A stretch of 35,246 nt of DNA from a virus (taxonomy: Duplodnaviria; Caudoviricetes): the IMG/VR virus record IMGVR_UViG_3300030207_001559, positions 1-35,246 of that record, one strand, 5' to 3'. Below the pieces are notes generated by a model. That model searched no databases. It had not been told where the DNA came from and saw only the letters and a list, made by a program, of their open reading frames with translations. How positions within the stretch are numbered: the stretch's first letter is position 1; every line of letters begins with the position of its first letter. The translations under genes were made by a program, and so were the position numbers. Shown here one piece after another: positions 9,489 to 20,355 of the stretch.

Positions 9489-12400
9489 CACCGTAGAGTT
9501 GTCTATGGTAAGCCTTGCCTGCAAGAGTTACTCCTGTATAAAAGTCCCCATACCAAAATACTAATGTTTCATCTAAGTCAGGAGTTTGCATAACAAGACG
9601 TTCTCTAAATATGCTACGTCTTTCTTCAAGTTTACTTAAGTAAGGGTATTGGGTTTTCATTTGATATTTAGTTTGACGATTACTATTTAAGTATTCTTTC
9701 CAAACAGTTTCAACTTGTTGATTAATATTTTGATAGCCTAATTCTCTTAAATTTTTACCAACATCCCAATAAGGTTTCATTTTAATTCTAGCTGCATCAT
9801 AGGCTTTTTCAAATTCTGTATCGTTTACATTTAATCTTCTAGTAAACTCATCATATAACCCATCTCCTCTAACTTCAGAGTTAACCCTAACAGATTCAAT
9901 ATACTCTTCTCTTAATCCAAAAAACATATCCCAATCAGATGCTTCAGGGTCTTCAGGTAATTCTATTGCGTAGTAACCAACTAATAACAAATCTGCTGCA
10001 CTTCTACTATCAGGAATAGAACCTGCACTGTTATATATTAAATTATAATAATTATCTCTTGTTTCATCATCAGCAGCTTGAATAGAGTTTTTAAATATTT
10101 CTGTAATTCCTAATTGAGCACCTTCATACTTTAAATACTTTTCAGACTTAGCTTGTCTCCATTCTTGAGGAGTAATGCCGTTTACTTTATCTCCACGTGC
10201 CCACCTTTTTAATTTAGAATCAGATTCTACTTGGTCATCACGTAATTGTTTTCTAATACTACTAGCAGCAATCCCTGCTTTACTTGATTGTTCAGAAGAT
10301 ATTTCAGGAAATGCTTTTTTTGTTCTTTCCCTACCTGCTCTTTCTAAACCTCCCCCACGTTCAGGGTAAAAAGATTTTTTTAATCCTTCAATAAAAGGAA
10401 TTGATACTTTGTCAGGTTCTCGTAATTCTTTTTGAAACTCTTCATATTCATCAGGAGTTAACGAGTTTCTAAACTCAGTTCTTTCAGTACGAGTCATTTC
10501 TCTGTACTCAGCAACTTTATCTTCCATTGGTCTTTTTTCTACTCCCCTTAATTCATTTAAGGTTTGTAAAGTCCAATCAGCTACATCTGTTACCATTTGA
10601 CCTGTACTTCCAAATATACTTTCGTATAAATGTTGGAATCTGTCAGGACTAGAAACTATATTGTCTAAAAATTCAATGTTTTCAAGTGGGGCTTCTTCCA
10701 TAACCCCTGCTGCTTTACGCATAACATTACTAGTTCTTCTAGTATATTGTTCTGATAATGGAGCGTCTTCATCTTCTACAATTTGAGATTGTCTCCATGT
10801 GTCGTACCCAGTTATTTGTTCACCAGCTACGTTAAAGACTTCAGGTATAGGTATTTCATTAATAGGGAATGTTGATTTCCAAACTTCCTTACCCCATGCA
10901 GCTTTATCAAACTTTGTATCAGCATCAGTAGATTCTGATAAATATGTTACTGCAGCAAACACACTATTCCATTCACGTAATTTGTGAGGTATTACTACAT
11001 ATTGTGGTTTAGGTCTTTCTGTAGCAGGGTCTAATATTAATTCTCCTGCTTCATCTCGTTTAGGAGGAAGCATAAATATTAAACTGTTATATCTAATGTA
11101 CTCAGGTATATCATAATATAAAGGAGTGCCTTCATATTCCCATAATTTATTCCAACCTTCTTGAATAGCCCAATAAGCGTATACAGCACCACCTATTGCT
11201 GCTGCTGCTTGTCTTGGACCCATAGCAGTATCAAAACCTTTACCTGTAATTCCTCTAGCTTCTCTATAGCCAAAACCTAAAGTTGCAGGAGATACAGTTA
11301 AGTTGTTGACTGCTTTAGCATATTTAACAATTTGTTCATTTACTGTACCAAATTCATACATTGGTCCATTTGGCACAGGGTCTTTAACTGGTCTTATTAC
11401 AGGATGCAAATCAATACCTAATGCTCTAAACGGAAGTTTAGTACCTTCAACTGCAGCATTTAAAAACAATATGTAATTATTCCAATTCCTAAATTGAGAG
11501 CCACCTCTAGCAAAATCTATAGTAGCTTCAATACTATTAATAGCAGCACGTTGAGCAAAGTCTTGTTCAATTAAACCAACCCCAGTTCCTCTCCAATTTT
11601 CTAATACCTCAACATCAAATTGTTCTTTAGGTAATTTCATTAAACGATTAAGTTCTGCTTTACCGTTAATTTTTATTCCATCAGAATCAGTTAATTCATT
11701 TAAATACTTTACAAAAGATTTTCTAGCTACTGCTATACGTGGAGCCGACTCAATAGCCCCACCAACTTGTGGGAAAAATTCCTTTACTTTATTTCTAATA
11801 CTATTATCTAATGCTAGATTTAATTGCTTACCACTACTTACTACGGTAGCAACATCATTATGCCCAGCTTTACTTAATTCTCTATAAATACTTTTTTGTA
11901 ATTTAGTAGAATTAATATAACCACTTCCTTCAGCCCAACCACCTAATGTTCCCATAAAGTCATTAAACCTGTCTTCTTTACCCATAATATTTTTATTAAG
12001 ACTACGAGCCATTTGTGCTAAGACCTCATCAGGTCTAGTGTCTGCTTTAAGTTGAACTGTAAACATATCTATGATTGCATTACGTACCCAAAACAAAGGG
12101 CTATATGTTGTATACACAGACCTAAACCAACCATTAGAAGCAGCTAATCTAGCTAAAGCTGCGTTATCACCTATAGCAGCTAAACCGTTTTTACCATTAA
12201 CTTCTTGCCACATTAACTCAGGTACTGGTCCACCATCCATCCCCCCAAACACTCTTCTTTTCCCATTTTCAAAAAACACAAAGTACCCAGTTTTATTATC
12301 AGGGTCAGGGATAGCTTTCTTTAAAGAACCATCTTCTTTAATAAATTCATCTGTAACTTCTTTTAATCTTTGCTTACCATCATAAATATATAAGTTAACT

Positions 12401-14658
12401 ATATTTTTAGTTTGAGTATTATTAGCAATTTTAAGTTCTGTTCTCATAAGGTTAGCTGCAAGAACTTCAGCATCTAACGGGTCACGTGCACTTAGTCGAA
12501 CATCTAAATCTTCTGACAATCTTCTAAAGCCATCATCTATAACATTAGTAGTTCCACCTAAACTAGTTCCTTTAGTTGCTTTTTCTGCATACTCAAGATA
12601 TTCAGTTGGAATATAATGAGACCAAGTTTCATTGTAATACTTAAAGTTTTCTTCACTAATAATTCCAGCTTTATAAAGACGTTCTCTTGCTTCTTCATAA
12701 ATACCGATTATAGGCTTACCATCACTATCATACCTTCGTTTATTAGCAGCATCTTTACCAACAATTCTAGCAGCAGTTTCTTCTAAGAAATCAAATTGTT
12801 CATCTGTAAAATCCCATGCTTCTTTTACTTTTGCTCGGTCTATCCAATCCCCTAATTCTTTATCAGTAACTGCTATATCCCATTGTTTAGTTTCAGGATT
12901 GTATACATTTGGATTTGTTCTAGTGTAGTCACGACCTTCTGCTGTTGCTCGTGCTGAAAGCACATCATTAACATTCTTTATTTGTAATGCTTGTAAGTAT
13001 CTGTTTAAAGCAGTACCGTTACCACCTTGTGCCAAGTATGGTTCAATAACCATTCTGTAAACATTTTTAGTACGCATAAGTGCTTGCCCAGCAGCTACAT
13101 CACGAAACCTGTGAATATTTTCAGCAACTTGAGGATTAGGTTTAGGTATACCATTAGGAGATAATTCTCCACCTGCTAATGTAGACCTTTTTGGTTGAGC
13201 AGTTTTAATTTCTCTAATTGGTTTTCCGTTAGGACCATAAATATAATCTGTCATTTGTCTAGCAGAACTAGCAGGAGCATGCCATTTATTTATAAATCTT
13301 AAATAAGAATCTGCTCTACCCATATTAGGGAATCTATTTTTAAGAGTTTTACCTAAAACATCACTTGCATCATTTCCAAACTTACTTAAGTTTTGTACAA
13401 ATGGTGCTTTAGCTATAACTTTTTCTATAGAAAAAATACCTGATATGTCAGGAATAGCAGATTTAATTGTTTCGTAAGTTCTTACAGTAAAGTTTTTATT
13501 TGTAATAGGTCTTTTAATTGGAGAATCGCTACCAGCCCTAGTCAAAGCAGGAACATAAAATTCTACAGTTTCTGTTACTTGTCTAGGAACAATTAAATCA
13601 TCAGGTGTTGTAGTTGTAGGCGTAACTATTTGAGGAGTTTCAGGTAAGTCTACAGTAGTTTGAGGAGTAATAATTTCATCAGCTTGTTGTGTAATAGGCA
13701 CTGATACGTCATCAATAACTTGCCCTCCAAATTGAGTAGACGGCATACCTGCTCCGGCAGGTAACATTACATCTTCAACTGGCACATCAAGACTTTGTGT
13801 AGTAAATGTTCTACCTCCAACTTCAGCTACTCCAGTTGCAGGGGAAACATCAGGTACAGTTCTGCGACCAACTGATTTAAACGGTGCAGTAATTGCACTA
13901 GCTAATGTTTCTTCTACAACTTCAAGTGGCTTTAATCCAAGTTCTACTCCACGCAAACCTGCTCGTAGTGCTGGGTTGTTAGCTGCCGTTGCACCAGTAC
14001 GTGCTGCTTGTGCTGCTGTTCTGACTCCTTTAGCTGGAGGAATTAAAAAGTACGGTAACTCTTCTGCTAATCCTCTAGCATAAGGAAGAGTAGGGTATAA
14101 ATCTTGCCCTATTTCCCTACGTTGTTGTTCAGTTACTTGTTGACCTGTTTCTTGTTCTATACGTTTAACTTCTGTATTAATACGTTGATTTTGTCTAGTA
14201 TTACCTTTCCAAGGTTCTTGAATATCAAGACCTTCTAGTACAGTTCCTGCTACTACTCCTATAGGATTAATATTCATAAACTGGTCAAACGCACCACCTA
14301 AAGAAAAATCTCCTTCAGGCGTTACATATTGGTCAACATTAGGAACCATTCTTCCTTCAGTAAATCTACTAATTGGTCTATACCAAGGAGATTGTTCAGT
14401 TACGCCTTCATTTAATTCCCAATTAAAAGGAATAGGTTGTATAGCTTGATTTATAGTTGGTTCAACTATACGACCATGAACAAAGTTTAACCCAGCCCCT
14501 ACACCTTGTAATGCAGGCATAACTCCGGGAATTTGAGCAATTCCACTACCTACTGCACGGGCAGCAGGAAATAAATACTCTTGGAATACAGTGGGGTCTG
14601 CTGCAGGTTCTTGAGTGTCAGGGAGATAATCCCATTGATGCCACCATGTATGGGGCAT
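9475..14658 (-). CDS. Large internal virion / DNA ejection protein with LPD38-like region
   Basis: 1727 aa; 'YYDIPEYIRYNSLIFM...YVVIPHK...EQITGYDTWRQSQIV' and 'FWVRNAIIDMF...EATIDFARGG' resemble phage large polyvalent proteins; lies between portal and scaffold. Confidence 0.65.
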   Translation of the reverse strand: MPHTWWHQWDYLPDTQEPAADPTVFQEYLFPAARAVGSGIAQIPGVMPALQGVGAGLNFVHGRIVEPTINQAIQPIPFNWELNEGVTEQSPWYRPISRFTEGRMVPNVDQYVTPEGDFSLGGAFDQFMNINPIGVVAGTVLEGLDIQEPWKGNTRQNQRINTEVKRIEQETGQQVTEQQRREIGQDLYPTLPYARGLAEELPYFLIPPAKGVRTAAQAARTGATAANNPALRAGLRGVELGLKPLEVVEETLASAITAPFKSVGRRTVPDVSPATGVAEVGGRTFTTQSLDVPVEDVMLPAGAGMPSTQFGGQVIDDVSVPITQQADEIITPQTTVDLPETPQIVTPTTTTPDDLIVPRQVTETVEFYVPALTRAGSDSPIKRPITNKNFTVRTYETIKSAIPDISGIFSIEKVIAKAPFVQNLSKFGNDASDVLGKTLKNRFPNMGRADSYLRFINKWHAPASSARQMTDYIYGPNGKPIREIKTAQPKRSTLAGGELSPNGIPKPNPQVAENIHRFRDVAAGQALMRTKNVYRMVIEPYLAQGGNGTALNRYLQALQIKNVNDVLSARATAEGRDYTRTNPNVYNPETKQWDIAVTDKELGDWIDRAKVKEAWDFTDEQFDFLEETAARIVGKDAANKRRYDSDGKPIIGIYEEARERLYKAGIISEENFKYYNETWSHYIPTEYLEYAEKATKGTSLGGTTNVIDDGFRRLSEDLDVRLSARDPLDAEVLAANLMRTELKIANNTQTKNIVNLYIYDGKQRLKEVTDEFIKEDGSLKKAIPDPDNKTGYFVFFENGKRRVFGGMDGGPVPELMWQEVNGKNGLAAIGDNAALARLAASNGWFRSVYTTYSPLFWVRNAIIDMFTVQLKADTRPDEVLAQMARSLNKNIMGKEDRFNDFMGTLGGWAEGSGYINSTKLQKSIYRELSKAGHNDVATVVSSGKQLNLALDNSIRNKVKEFFPQVGGAIESAPRIAVARKSFVKYLNELTDSDGIKINGKAELNRLMKLPKEQFDVEVLENWRGTGVGLIEQDFAQRAAINSIEATIDFARGGSQFRNWNNYILFLNAAVEGTKLPFRALGIDLHPVIRPVKDPVPNGPMYEFGTVNEQIVKYAKAVNNLTVSPATLGFGYREARGITGKGFDTAMGPRQAAAAIGGAVYAYWAIQEGWNKLWEYEGTPLYYDIPEYIRYNSLIFMLPPKRDEAGELILDPATERPKPQYVVIPHKLREWNSVFAAVTYLSESTDADTKFDKAAWGKEVWKSTFPINEIPIPEVFNVAGEQITGYDTWRQSQIVEDEDAPLSEQYTRRTSNVMRKAAGVMEEAPLENIEFLDNIVSSPDRFQHLYESIFGSTGQMVTDVADWTLQTLNELRGVEKRPMEDKVAEYREMTRTERTEFRNSLTPDEYEEFQKELREPDKVSIPFIEGLKKSFYPERGGGLERAGRERTKKAFPEISSEQSSKAGIAASSIRKQLRDDQVESDSKLKRWARGDKVNGITPQEWRQAKSEKYLKYEGAQLGITEIFKNSIQAADDETRDNYYNLIYNSAGSIPDSRSAADLLLVGYYAIELPEDPEASDWDMFFGLREEYIESVRVNSEVRGDGLYDEFTRRLNVNDTEFEKAYDAARIKMKPYWDVGKNLRELGYQNINQQVETVWKEYLNSNRQTKYQMKTQYPYLSKLEERRSIFRERLVMQTPDLDETLVFWYGDFYTGVTLAGKAYHRQLYGVAGP

Positions 14659-15002
14659 TAGAAATAAATAAACCTTGTATTAGGAGCGTATCTTCTTGTT
14701 GACATGCCTTTTTGTCCGGGAGTTAATGCTCCATATCTACTTGTAAAAGGTTGTCTAGCTAAGAAGTCTGTAAATGAAGTCATTTGTGACGGGTCAGTTC
14801 TTCTACGTAATTCATCACCTTTTACCCCTAAGTATTGATTATATACGTCACCAAACTGACTAGCTATTGAACTTCTTGCTCTTTCGCCTGCTCTTCCTGT
14901 AAAAGGATTTGCTGCCCCAATAGCACTTAAGTATGCAGTCTGTGGGTCTGACTCAAGCATACTTTGATAATAGTCATCAAATGCGTTCATTCCATTAGCC
15001 AT
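14658..15002 (-). CDS. Small internal virion protein (putative)
   Basis: 114 aa, overlaps both neighbours. Confidence 0.55.
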   Translation of the reverse strand: MANGMNAFDDYYQSMLESDPQTAYLSAIGAANPFTGRAGERARSSIASQFGDVYNQYLGVKGDELRRRTDPSQMTSFTDFLARQPFTSRYGALTPGQKGMSTRRYAPNTRFIYF

Positions 15003-17160
15003 ATTGAAACTCCAAAGGTTGTGTTGTAATCATTGGTGCTTGTGTCGGTGCTCCAAATGCACTTCCTACCATATCAGCAAATCTTGATGCACCTTGTGCT
15101 CCATATTGTGTTTGGAACAAATCATACAATGTTCCAAGATTTCTTTCACCTCTTGAACCTAAACCTCTTCCACCTAATGCAGCTAAAGAAGATTGTAAAA
15201 TTTGGCTTCTATCAGGAACATTTCCATAAGTTAAGTTATAACCTAAATCTAAATTACCAAGTTGATTACCAGCTAAATTAGCTAAATAGTTTTGTAGTCC
15301 TGCATAAGACTGTCTTACATCTGCTAACTGTCTTTGTTGACCACCTTGTAAATATTCAGCAAACGCAGGATTTTCTTCATATGAAGTTACACCTGAAGGT
15401 AAAGTTCCTGACGCTGCTCCTAATAAATATCTACCTCGTACTGGGCTATACCCAGTTGAGTAATCAGAACTAGCAAGGACACTAATAGGTGCTCCTGCTA
15501 ATTGTCGTGCTCTAAATTGTTGGTATTGAGCAAACGGGTCTAAAGTTTGTAAGTAAGGGTCAACACTACTAGTGCCTATCATTGTGTCGTAGCTTTGTGA
15601 AGCTGCAACACTAGGGTCTACAGTAGTAGCAACAGGAGGAACTACAGGAGGAACTACAGCACCTGTTGTTCCAACTCCAGTAGTTGTAGTTGGAGCAGTA
15701 GCTGTAGTTGGAGCAGTAGCTGTTTCAGTAGTTGTAACATCACTAGGCGTTACTGGTGTAGTGCTAATTTGTTCTGCTACTACTCTTCCTTCTCTTGTTG
15801 GAAAAATTTGTCCTGCTTGATAAGTATACCCTTCAGGTAATATTCCTGTTTCATCAAATTCTTGTCTAGCTTTAGCTAACTCATCTTGAGTAACTTTTGC
15901 TGGACCAGTATCTATTACTGCATCTGCAACATCTACTGCAGTAGCATCAACAGTTTGTCCTTCATTTAACTGTAATTCATTAGTTAATGATTGCTCTATT
16001 ATCTTTTGTTCATCTTCTTGTTGTTTTACTAATACAGCTTTATCTTCTTTACTTACATCAACTCCTACATTTGCCAATCTTCTTTTATCAGTTTCTTCTC
16101 TATCTTTTAATCTTGCTTCTTTAACAGCATTTCTTTCTGCTCTAGTAGCATCAGGATTACTTCTTACCCAATCTGTTATTGAATAAATGTAATTGCCTGT
16201 TATAGGACTTTTTGCATTAATGTTGTCAGTATTTACTTGAGGAGCAAATATATCAAATCTTTCATCTCCACTTTCAGTATATGCAACATTGCCACTTAAT
16301 GCTTGCTGTGCTGCTTGTGCTTGTTGTGCTTGAGCAGCAGCTTCTATTGCTGCAGCACCAGTAGGATTATTAGGATTAAAAATGTCAGGGTTATAAAAAC
16401 TTCCCCTATCTCCTATAATTTCTGCTCCTGTTCTTGATGAATATGTGCCTGTTACAGGATTAAAAATAAGGTTAGGGTTTAATGATTGACGGCTTGTACC
16501 AATCATTACGTCATCCATTGCTCTTGCTCCTACAGGAGGAGGTGCTATTGGACCATACACTGGTTGTCCTTCAGCATCAGCTATAATCTGCCTTCTTCGT
16601 TCTCTTGCTAATTCATTTACAAATTCTTGTCTACCTATTAAAGCATCTTGTAATTGTTGTCCACTTAATGTGCCACTTGTATCAATCATTGCATCAGGTG
16701 ACATTGTTAATTGATTAACATCAGATGCTGTACCCAATGGAATAGGAGCATTAAAAGTTACTCCTGAATCTCTGACATCCATAACATTTGGAGCAGCAAC
16801 TGGAATATTTCCTCCTTCATAGCCACCTTCAAAATCAGCAAACGGTCCTTGTGAAACATTAGTACCTAATACTCTTTGTACTGCACCAGTCATAGCATTT
16901 GCTTGTGCAGCAGGGTCTAAATTACCTAAAGCTGCTTGTCCTCCAAATAATTGAGGAATAGAAGAAGTTTCACCTGCTGTAGGTTCTGTTCTTACAGTAT
17001 TTGCATCAAAAGCCTTTTGAGCATCTATTCGTCTTTGAAGAAATTCAACTTCAGTTCGTGAAGGTATTTCATCTTTAAATCTATCATTTTGTAAATGATA
17101 GTGAATAGTTTGTTGTCTTCCCCCATGAGTATGTGGACCATGTATATCTGTATCGCTCAT
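14995..17160 (-). CDS. Internal virion / ejection protein (putative), low-complexity A/Q/T/P-rich
   Basis: 721 aa directly after the portal gene; composition typical of podovirus core proteins. Confidence 0.5.
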   Translation of the reverse strand: MSDTDIHGPHTHGGRQQTIHYHLQNDRFKDEIPSRTEVEFLQRRIDAQKAFDANTVRTEPTAGETSSIPQLFGGQAALGNLDPAAQANAMTGAVQRVLGTNVSQGPFADFEGGYEGGNIPVAAPNVMDVRDSGVTFNAPIPLGTASDVNQLTMSPDAMIDTSGTLSGQQLQDALIGRQEFVNELARERRRQIIADAEGQPVYGPIAPPPVGARAMDDVMIGTSRQSLNPNLIFNPVTGTYSSRTGAEIIGDRGSFYNPDIFNPNNPTGAAAIEAAAQAQQAQAAQQALSGNVAYTESGDERFDIFAPQVNTDNINAKSPITGNYIYSITDWVRSNPDATRAERNAVKEARLKDREETDKRRLANVGVDVSKEDKAVLVKQQEDEQKIIEQSLTNELQLNEGQTVDATAVDVADAVIDTGPAKVTQDELAKARQEFDETGILPEGYTYQAGQIFPTREGRVVAEQISTTPVTPSDVTTTETATAPTTATAPTTTTGVGTTGAVVPPVVPPVATTVDPSVAASQSYDTMIGTSSVDPYLQTLDPFAQYQQFRARQLAGAPISVLASSDYSTGYSPVRGRYLLGAASGTLPSGVTSYEENPAFAEYLQGGQQRQLADVRQSYAGLQNYLANLAGNQLGNLDLGYNLTYGNVPDRSQILQSSLAALGGRGLGSRGERNLGTLYDLFQTQYGAQGASRFADMVGSAFGAPTQAPMITTQPLEFQYG
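15686..15721. repeat. In-frame 18-bp tandem duplication (TATAPT x2)
   Basis: GTAGTTGGAGCAGTAGCT twice; a neighbouring 12-bp duplication encodes VVPP x2. Confidence 0.7.
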
Positions 17161-19005
17161 TTACGCACCTCCTGTAGGTGGTACTAATCCTATGCTTTCT
17201 AATCTAGTTTGCGTACTTTGACCTCCGGGTCTTGGAGTTCCGGGAGGAACTGAAGGACCCACTGGAGCCGTTGGAGGAACTGGTGGTACCCCAAGTGCTG
17301 CATCAGGCATTACTTGAGGTGGTAATCCGGGAGGTCCACCACCTTGAGGTGGCATTGGTGCTCCCTGACCCATTCCTTGTGTTTGTTGGTTTTGTGCCAT
17401 TAGTTGAGCACGTTCCATGCCCTTTACCATAAACACATTCATCAACTCACCTTTGTAAAATTCTACCAAATCATCTCTGCCTTGTCTTTCTGCTGCCTGT
17501 AACAGTGACCATAACTGTGCTTCAGGCAGAACTTTTTCGGCAAGTTGTACTCTAATAGAGTCTTGTACTGAGTCGGCTGATTGCAAACCAAGTATTTTAT
17601 CTCGTATAAATATGTCAGGTAGTAGTGGAGTTTCACCTTCACGTGCTATTTGAGCCATGCTCATCTTTGACATATCGTCTTGTGGTAGTTGTCCGATAAA
17701 GTCTACTTCAACATCACCGGCATCACGTATAGTCTCAGGAGTAATTTCTTCTGAGAAATACATTCTGTTCTTATCCTGACCACTAAGTTCCATAGCTTTA
17801 AATGCACCAGTAACATACTGGTCACATAAGTGGTGAAACATACTTCTATAACATTTTTCTAATGCAATTAGTCTAGGAGCAAGTACAGTTTCAACACCTT
17901 GACGCAAAGTATTTATTGCGAATCCTGATAATTGAAATTCTAATTGCCCGTATATAGAGTGTGGTAATCCACCTCTTTGCATTTCGCCTGAGATTAATCC
18001 CATAAACACGCCTGACTCTCTAGCCATTTCCAGTAATCCTAGTGGCTCTACGTCTTCGCCTTGTCCTAATGCAATCTCAGAACCTTCCTTGTATGGGTCT
18101 TCTTCCAACGTTTTAGTTCCATCACGTGACCTGACTTTAAGCCCTTGTCTACGTGAACGTGCTGTAAGTTCAAGCATCACACTCATCATAAAGTTGTGCT
18201 TTTCAAACAAATCACGGGAAGACTTATAGCAAGATTCACCATAGTCTTCTACGGTATCTAAGTTTCCTGACTCTGATATTGCCTGTACTAAAGGTTGTGC
18301 TCCTACAGGTCCAATAACTACAGGTACTTTGTCAGAACCATGTTTAGTTCTTTTCTTTAAAATAACTGTATCGGTACAAACTATATTATCTTCAGAATCA
18401 AAGAAGTCATATATATCTATACCGTCATCATCATCAGGACCCATGCCTTCGCCTTCCACCTCTACACCATATATAGCTTTAATCTCTGTAGGAGTTTTCT
18501 TAGTCTTGTAACAAGCCCAAGCTAAACCGTTAGGTCCTTCTCCCCAGTATGTGTGGAGTGGGTCCCAAGGCTGTATATCTACATAAGTATCGCCTTCTTT
18601 ATTCTTTACAAGTGTTGACCTTACTGCATACCAGCCACGTAAAGTAATATACCAAGATAGCTGTGCTCGTACAGTAGGTTGAAACCTAGCTGTTACTCTA
18701 TCGTCAGCACTTTTAAGTAATCCTATAAGGAATCTTTCTTTAGCATCATTGTTTTCCCTTTGCTCTCTTTCAGCATTGTTGTAAGGAACACGCACAACCA
18801 TCTCAGATGTAGTCATCCAAGAAATAAGTTTGTCTGCGTATACTTGTGGTTCGTTAGATGTGTAAGATTGATAGCCTTCTCCTGCATCAAACTCTTCAAG
18901 TCTGTACAGTTTGTGGTCATCATCCATTCTTGTACGTAAAGGTTCAGTCAATTCATAGTGATTATCGACTAAAGCCGTTATTTCTTCAGGTTTGTAGTTA
19001 GCCAT
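17161..19005 (-). CDS. Portal (head-tail connector) protein
   Basis: 614 aa directly after TerL; 'IQPWDPLHTY', 'SGFAINTLRQ' and a Pro/Gln-rich C-terminal tail like P22/T7-type portals. Confidence 0.8.
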   Translation of the reverse strand: MANYKPEEITALVDNHYELTEPLRTRMDDDHKLYRLEEFDAGEGYQSYTSNEPQVYADKLISWMTTSEMVVRVPYNNAEREQRENNDAKERFLIGLLKSADDRVTARFQPTVRAQLSWYITLRGWYAVRSTLVKNKEGDTYVDIQPWDPLHTYWGEGPNGLAWACYKTKKTPTEIKAIYGVEVEGEGMGPDDDDGIDIYDFFDSEDNIVCTDTVILKKRTKHGSDKVPVVIGPVGAQPLVQAISESGNLDTVEDYGESCYKSSRDLFEKHNFMMSVMLELTARSRRQGLKVRSRDGTKTLEEDPYKEGSEIALGQGEDVEPLGLLEMARESGVFMGLISGEMQRGGLPHSIYGQLEFQLSGFAINTLRQGVETVLAPRLIALEKCYRSMFHHLCDQYVTGAFKAMELSGQDKNRMYFSEEITPETIRDAGDVEVDFIGQLPQDDMSKMSMAQIAREGETPLLPDIFIRDKILGLQSADSVQDSIRVQLAEKVLPEAQLWSLLQAAERQGRDDLVEFYKGELMNVFMVKGMERAQLMAQNQQTQGMGQGAPMPPQGGGPPGLPPQVMPDAALGVPPVPPTAPVGPSVPPGTPRPGGQSTQTRLESIGLVPPTGGA

Positions 19006-20355
19006 TTACCAACGCCTTACACTGATTGTCTTATTTTCAGTCACGTATCCGTAACCATACCGATTTATTATGCCATATATTACAGCTTTTACACCGTGGT
19101 TGTATCTATCCTCCGGTGTATTTCCTACAATATTACCATCTCTATCTGTTTTCCACTTATAAGCACGGCTTTGACCGTCAAAAGGATTAGGATGTACACC
19201 TAACTCAGATAAAATTCCCTCACATTTAGGGTTAAAGACTATTCTAGCATCTCTTTGTTCTACGGGGTCAGTCTTTAAAAAGGCTTTTAGTCTTTCAGTT
19301 CCTTCATTTATTCTGATTTTTTGTGAATCAAAATAAATTCCAGTCTTTTCTAACCACACTTCTGCAGGTGCAGCCATAGCCTGATGCTGATAACCTGCAA
19401 TATCTATCACTCCAAACTGTGCATCCTTCCACCAAGGTCTGCTCTGAGCGATATCTATAATGTCATCTGTGACTAAGTTACGCTCATATATTTCATCAAT
19501 GACTCTTATTTGGTCATTTACAATTTGGACTATTTCGCAAGCATACGCTTCAGAATATCCGGGGTCAATCCAAATATGCACAGGAATATCGGGTTCATAC
19601 TCAACATCTTGTATGTGAATGTCAGGTCTTATCTCATTAAACACAAGACCTTGTGGTGGTGAGGGTATACCTTCTATACGTTCCATAAAGAAATCGTCAG
19701 AAGCAGCTTGTTCCAGTGCTAGTATTTCAGGGTCTTCCCTGCCACCGGGGTACAAATACTGGTTGGAGTAGCTTGGTAAGGAGAACGCTTGTTCGTCTTT
19801 ATTTGAAGTATGTTGCCATGCCTGATACATTTGTGGGTACCAGCCTAGTGAGCCTTCAAACGTACCAGCTAAAAACAGCCAACCACGTTTAGGTGCACAT
19901 CTTCCACGCAATCTATTAAAAGTTTCTAGGTCTAACTGACTAGCTTCGCAACCAATTATTCCATTAGGTGCTCTCATAGCTAGAGTTCTAGGGTCTTTTG
20001 CAGATTTAGTTTCTATACGAGTGCCGTCTGCAAGTATTATTCTACCGGGGTCTACACGTTTAGTGGATTCTGCCAGTAGTCCTAACTCAGAAAAGTCTTG
20101 TACTAGGTATTCAAACTCTGCTCTAGTCCTTTCGTAGTCTGCAGCGACCAGCCAATAAAGACCGGGCTCGTCATTTTCTAGGAATCTAGCAAGTAAATAC
20201 TTAGAAGCTACCATAGATTTGCCAGCTTGTTCACCACCAGCTACTAGGATAAATCTTTTTCGGGAGGACAGTATAGGTTTTTGGAGTTCAGTAGGAGAGA
20301 AATTTATTTTCTCGTATATGTAATCAGCAATTTCATTAATATTCGCAATCGCCAT
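19006..20355 (-). CDS. terL: Terminase large subunit
   Basis: Adenine-binding 'PTELQ', Walker A-like GGEQAGKS, 'YWLVAADY', coupling motif 'LAGTFEG', RNase H-like 'WIDPGY'. Start probably ATG 20355 (MAIANI). Confidence 0.85.
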   Translation of the reverse strand: MAIANINEIADYIYEKINFSPTELQKPILSSRKRFILVAGGEQAGKSMVASKYLLARFLENDEPGLYWLVAADYERTRAEFEYLVQDFSELGLLAESTKRVDPGRIILADGTRIETKSAKDPRTLAMRAPNGIIGCEASQLDLETFNRLRGRCAPKRGWLFLAGTFEGSLGWYPQMYQAWQHTSNKDEQAFSLPSYSNQYLYPGGREDPEILALEQAASDDFFMERIEGIPSPPQGLVFNEIRPDIHIQDVEYEPDIPVHIWIDPGYSEAYACEIVQIVNDQIRVIDEIYERNLVTDDIIDIAQSRPWWKDAQFGVIDIAGYQHQAMAAPAEVWLEKTGIYFDSQKIRINEGTERLKAFLKTDPVEQRDARIVFNPKCEGILSELGVHPNPFDGQSRAYKWKTDRDGNIVGNTPEDRYNHGVKAVIYGIINRYGYGYVTENKTISVRRW

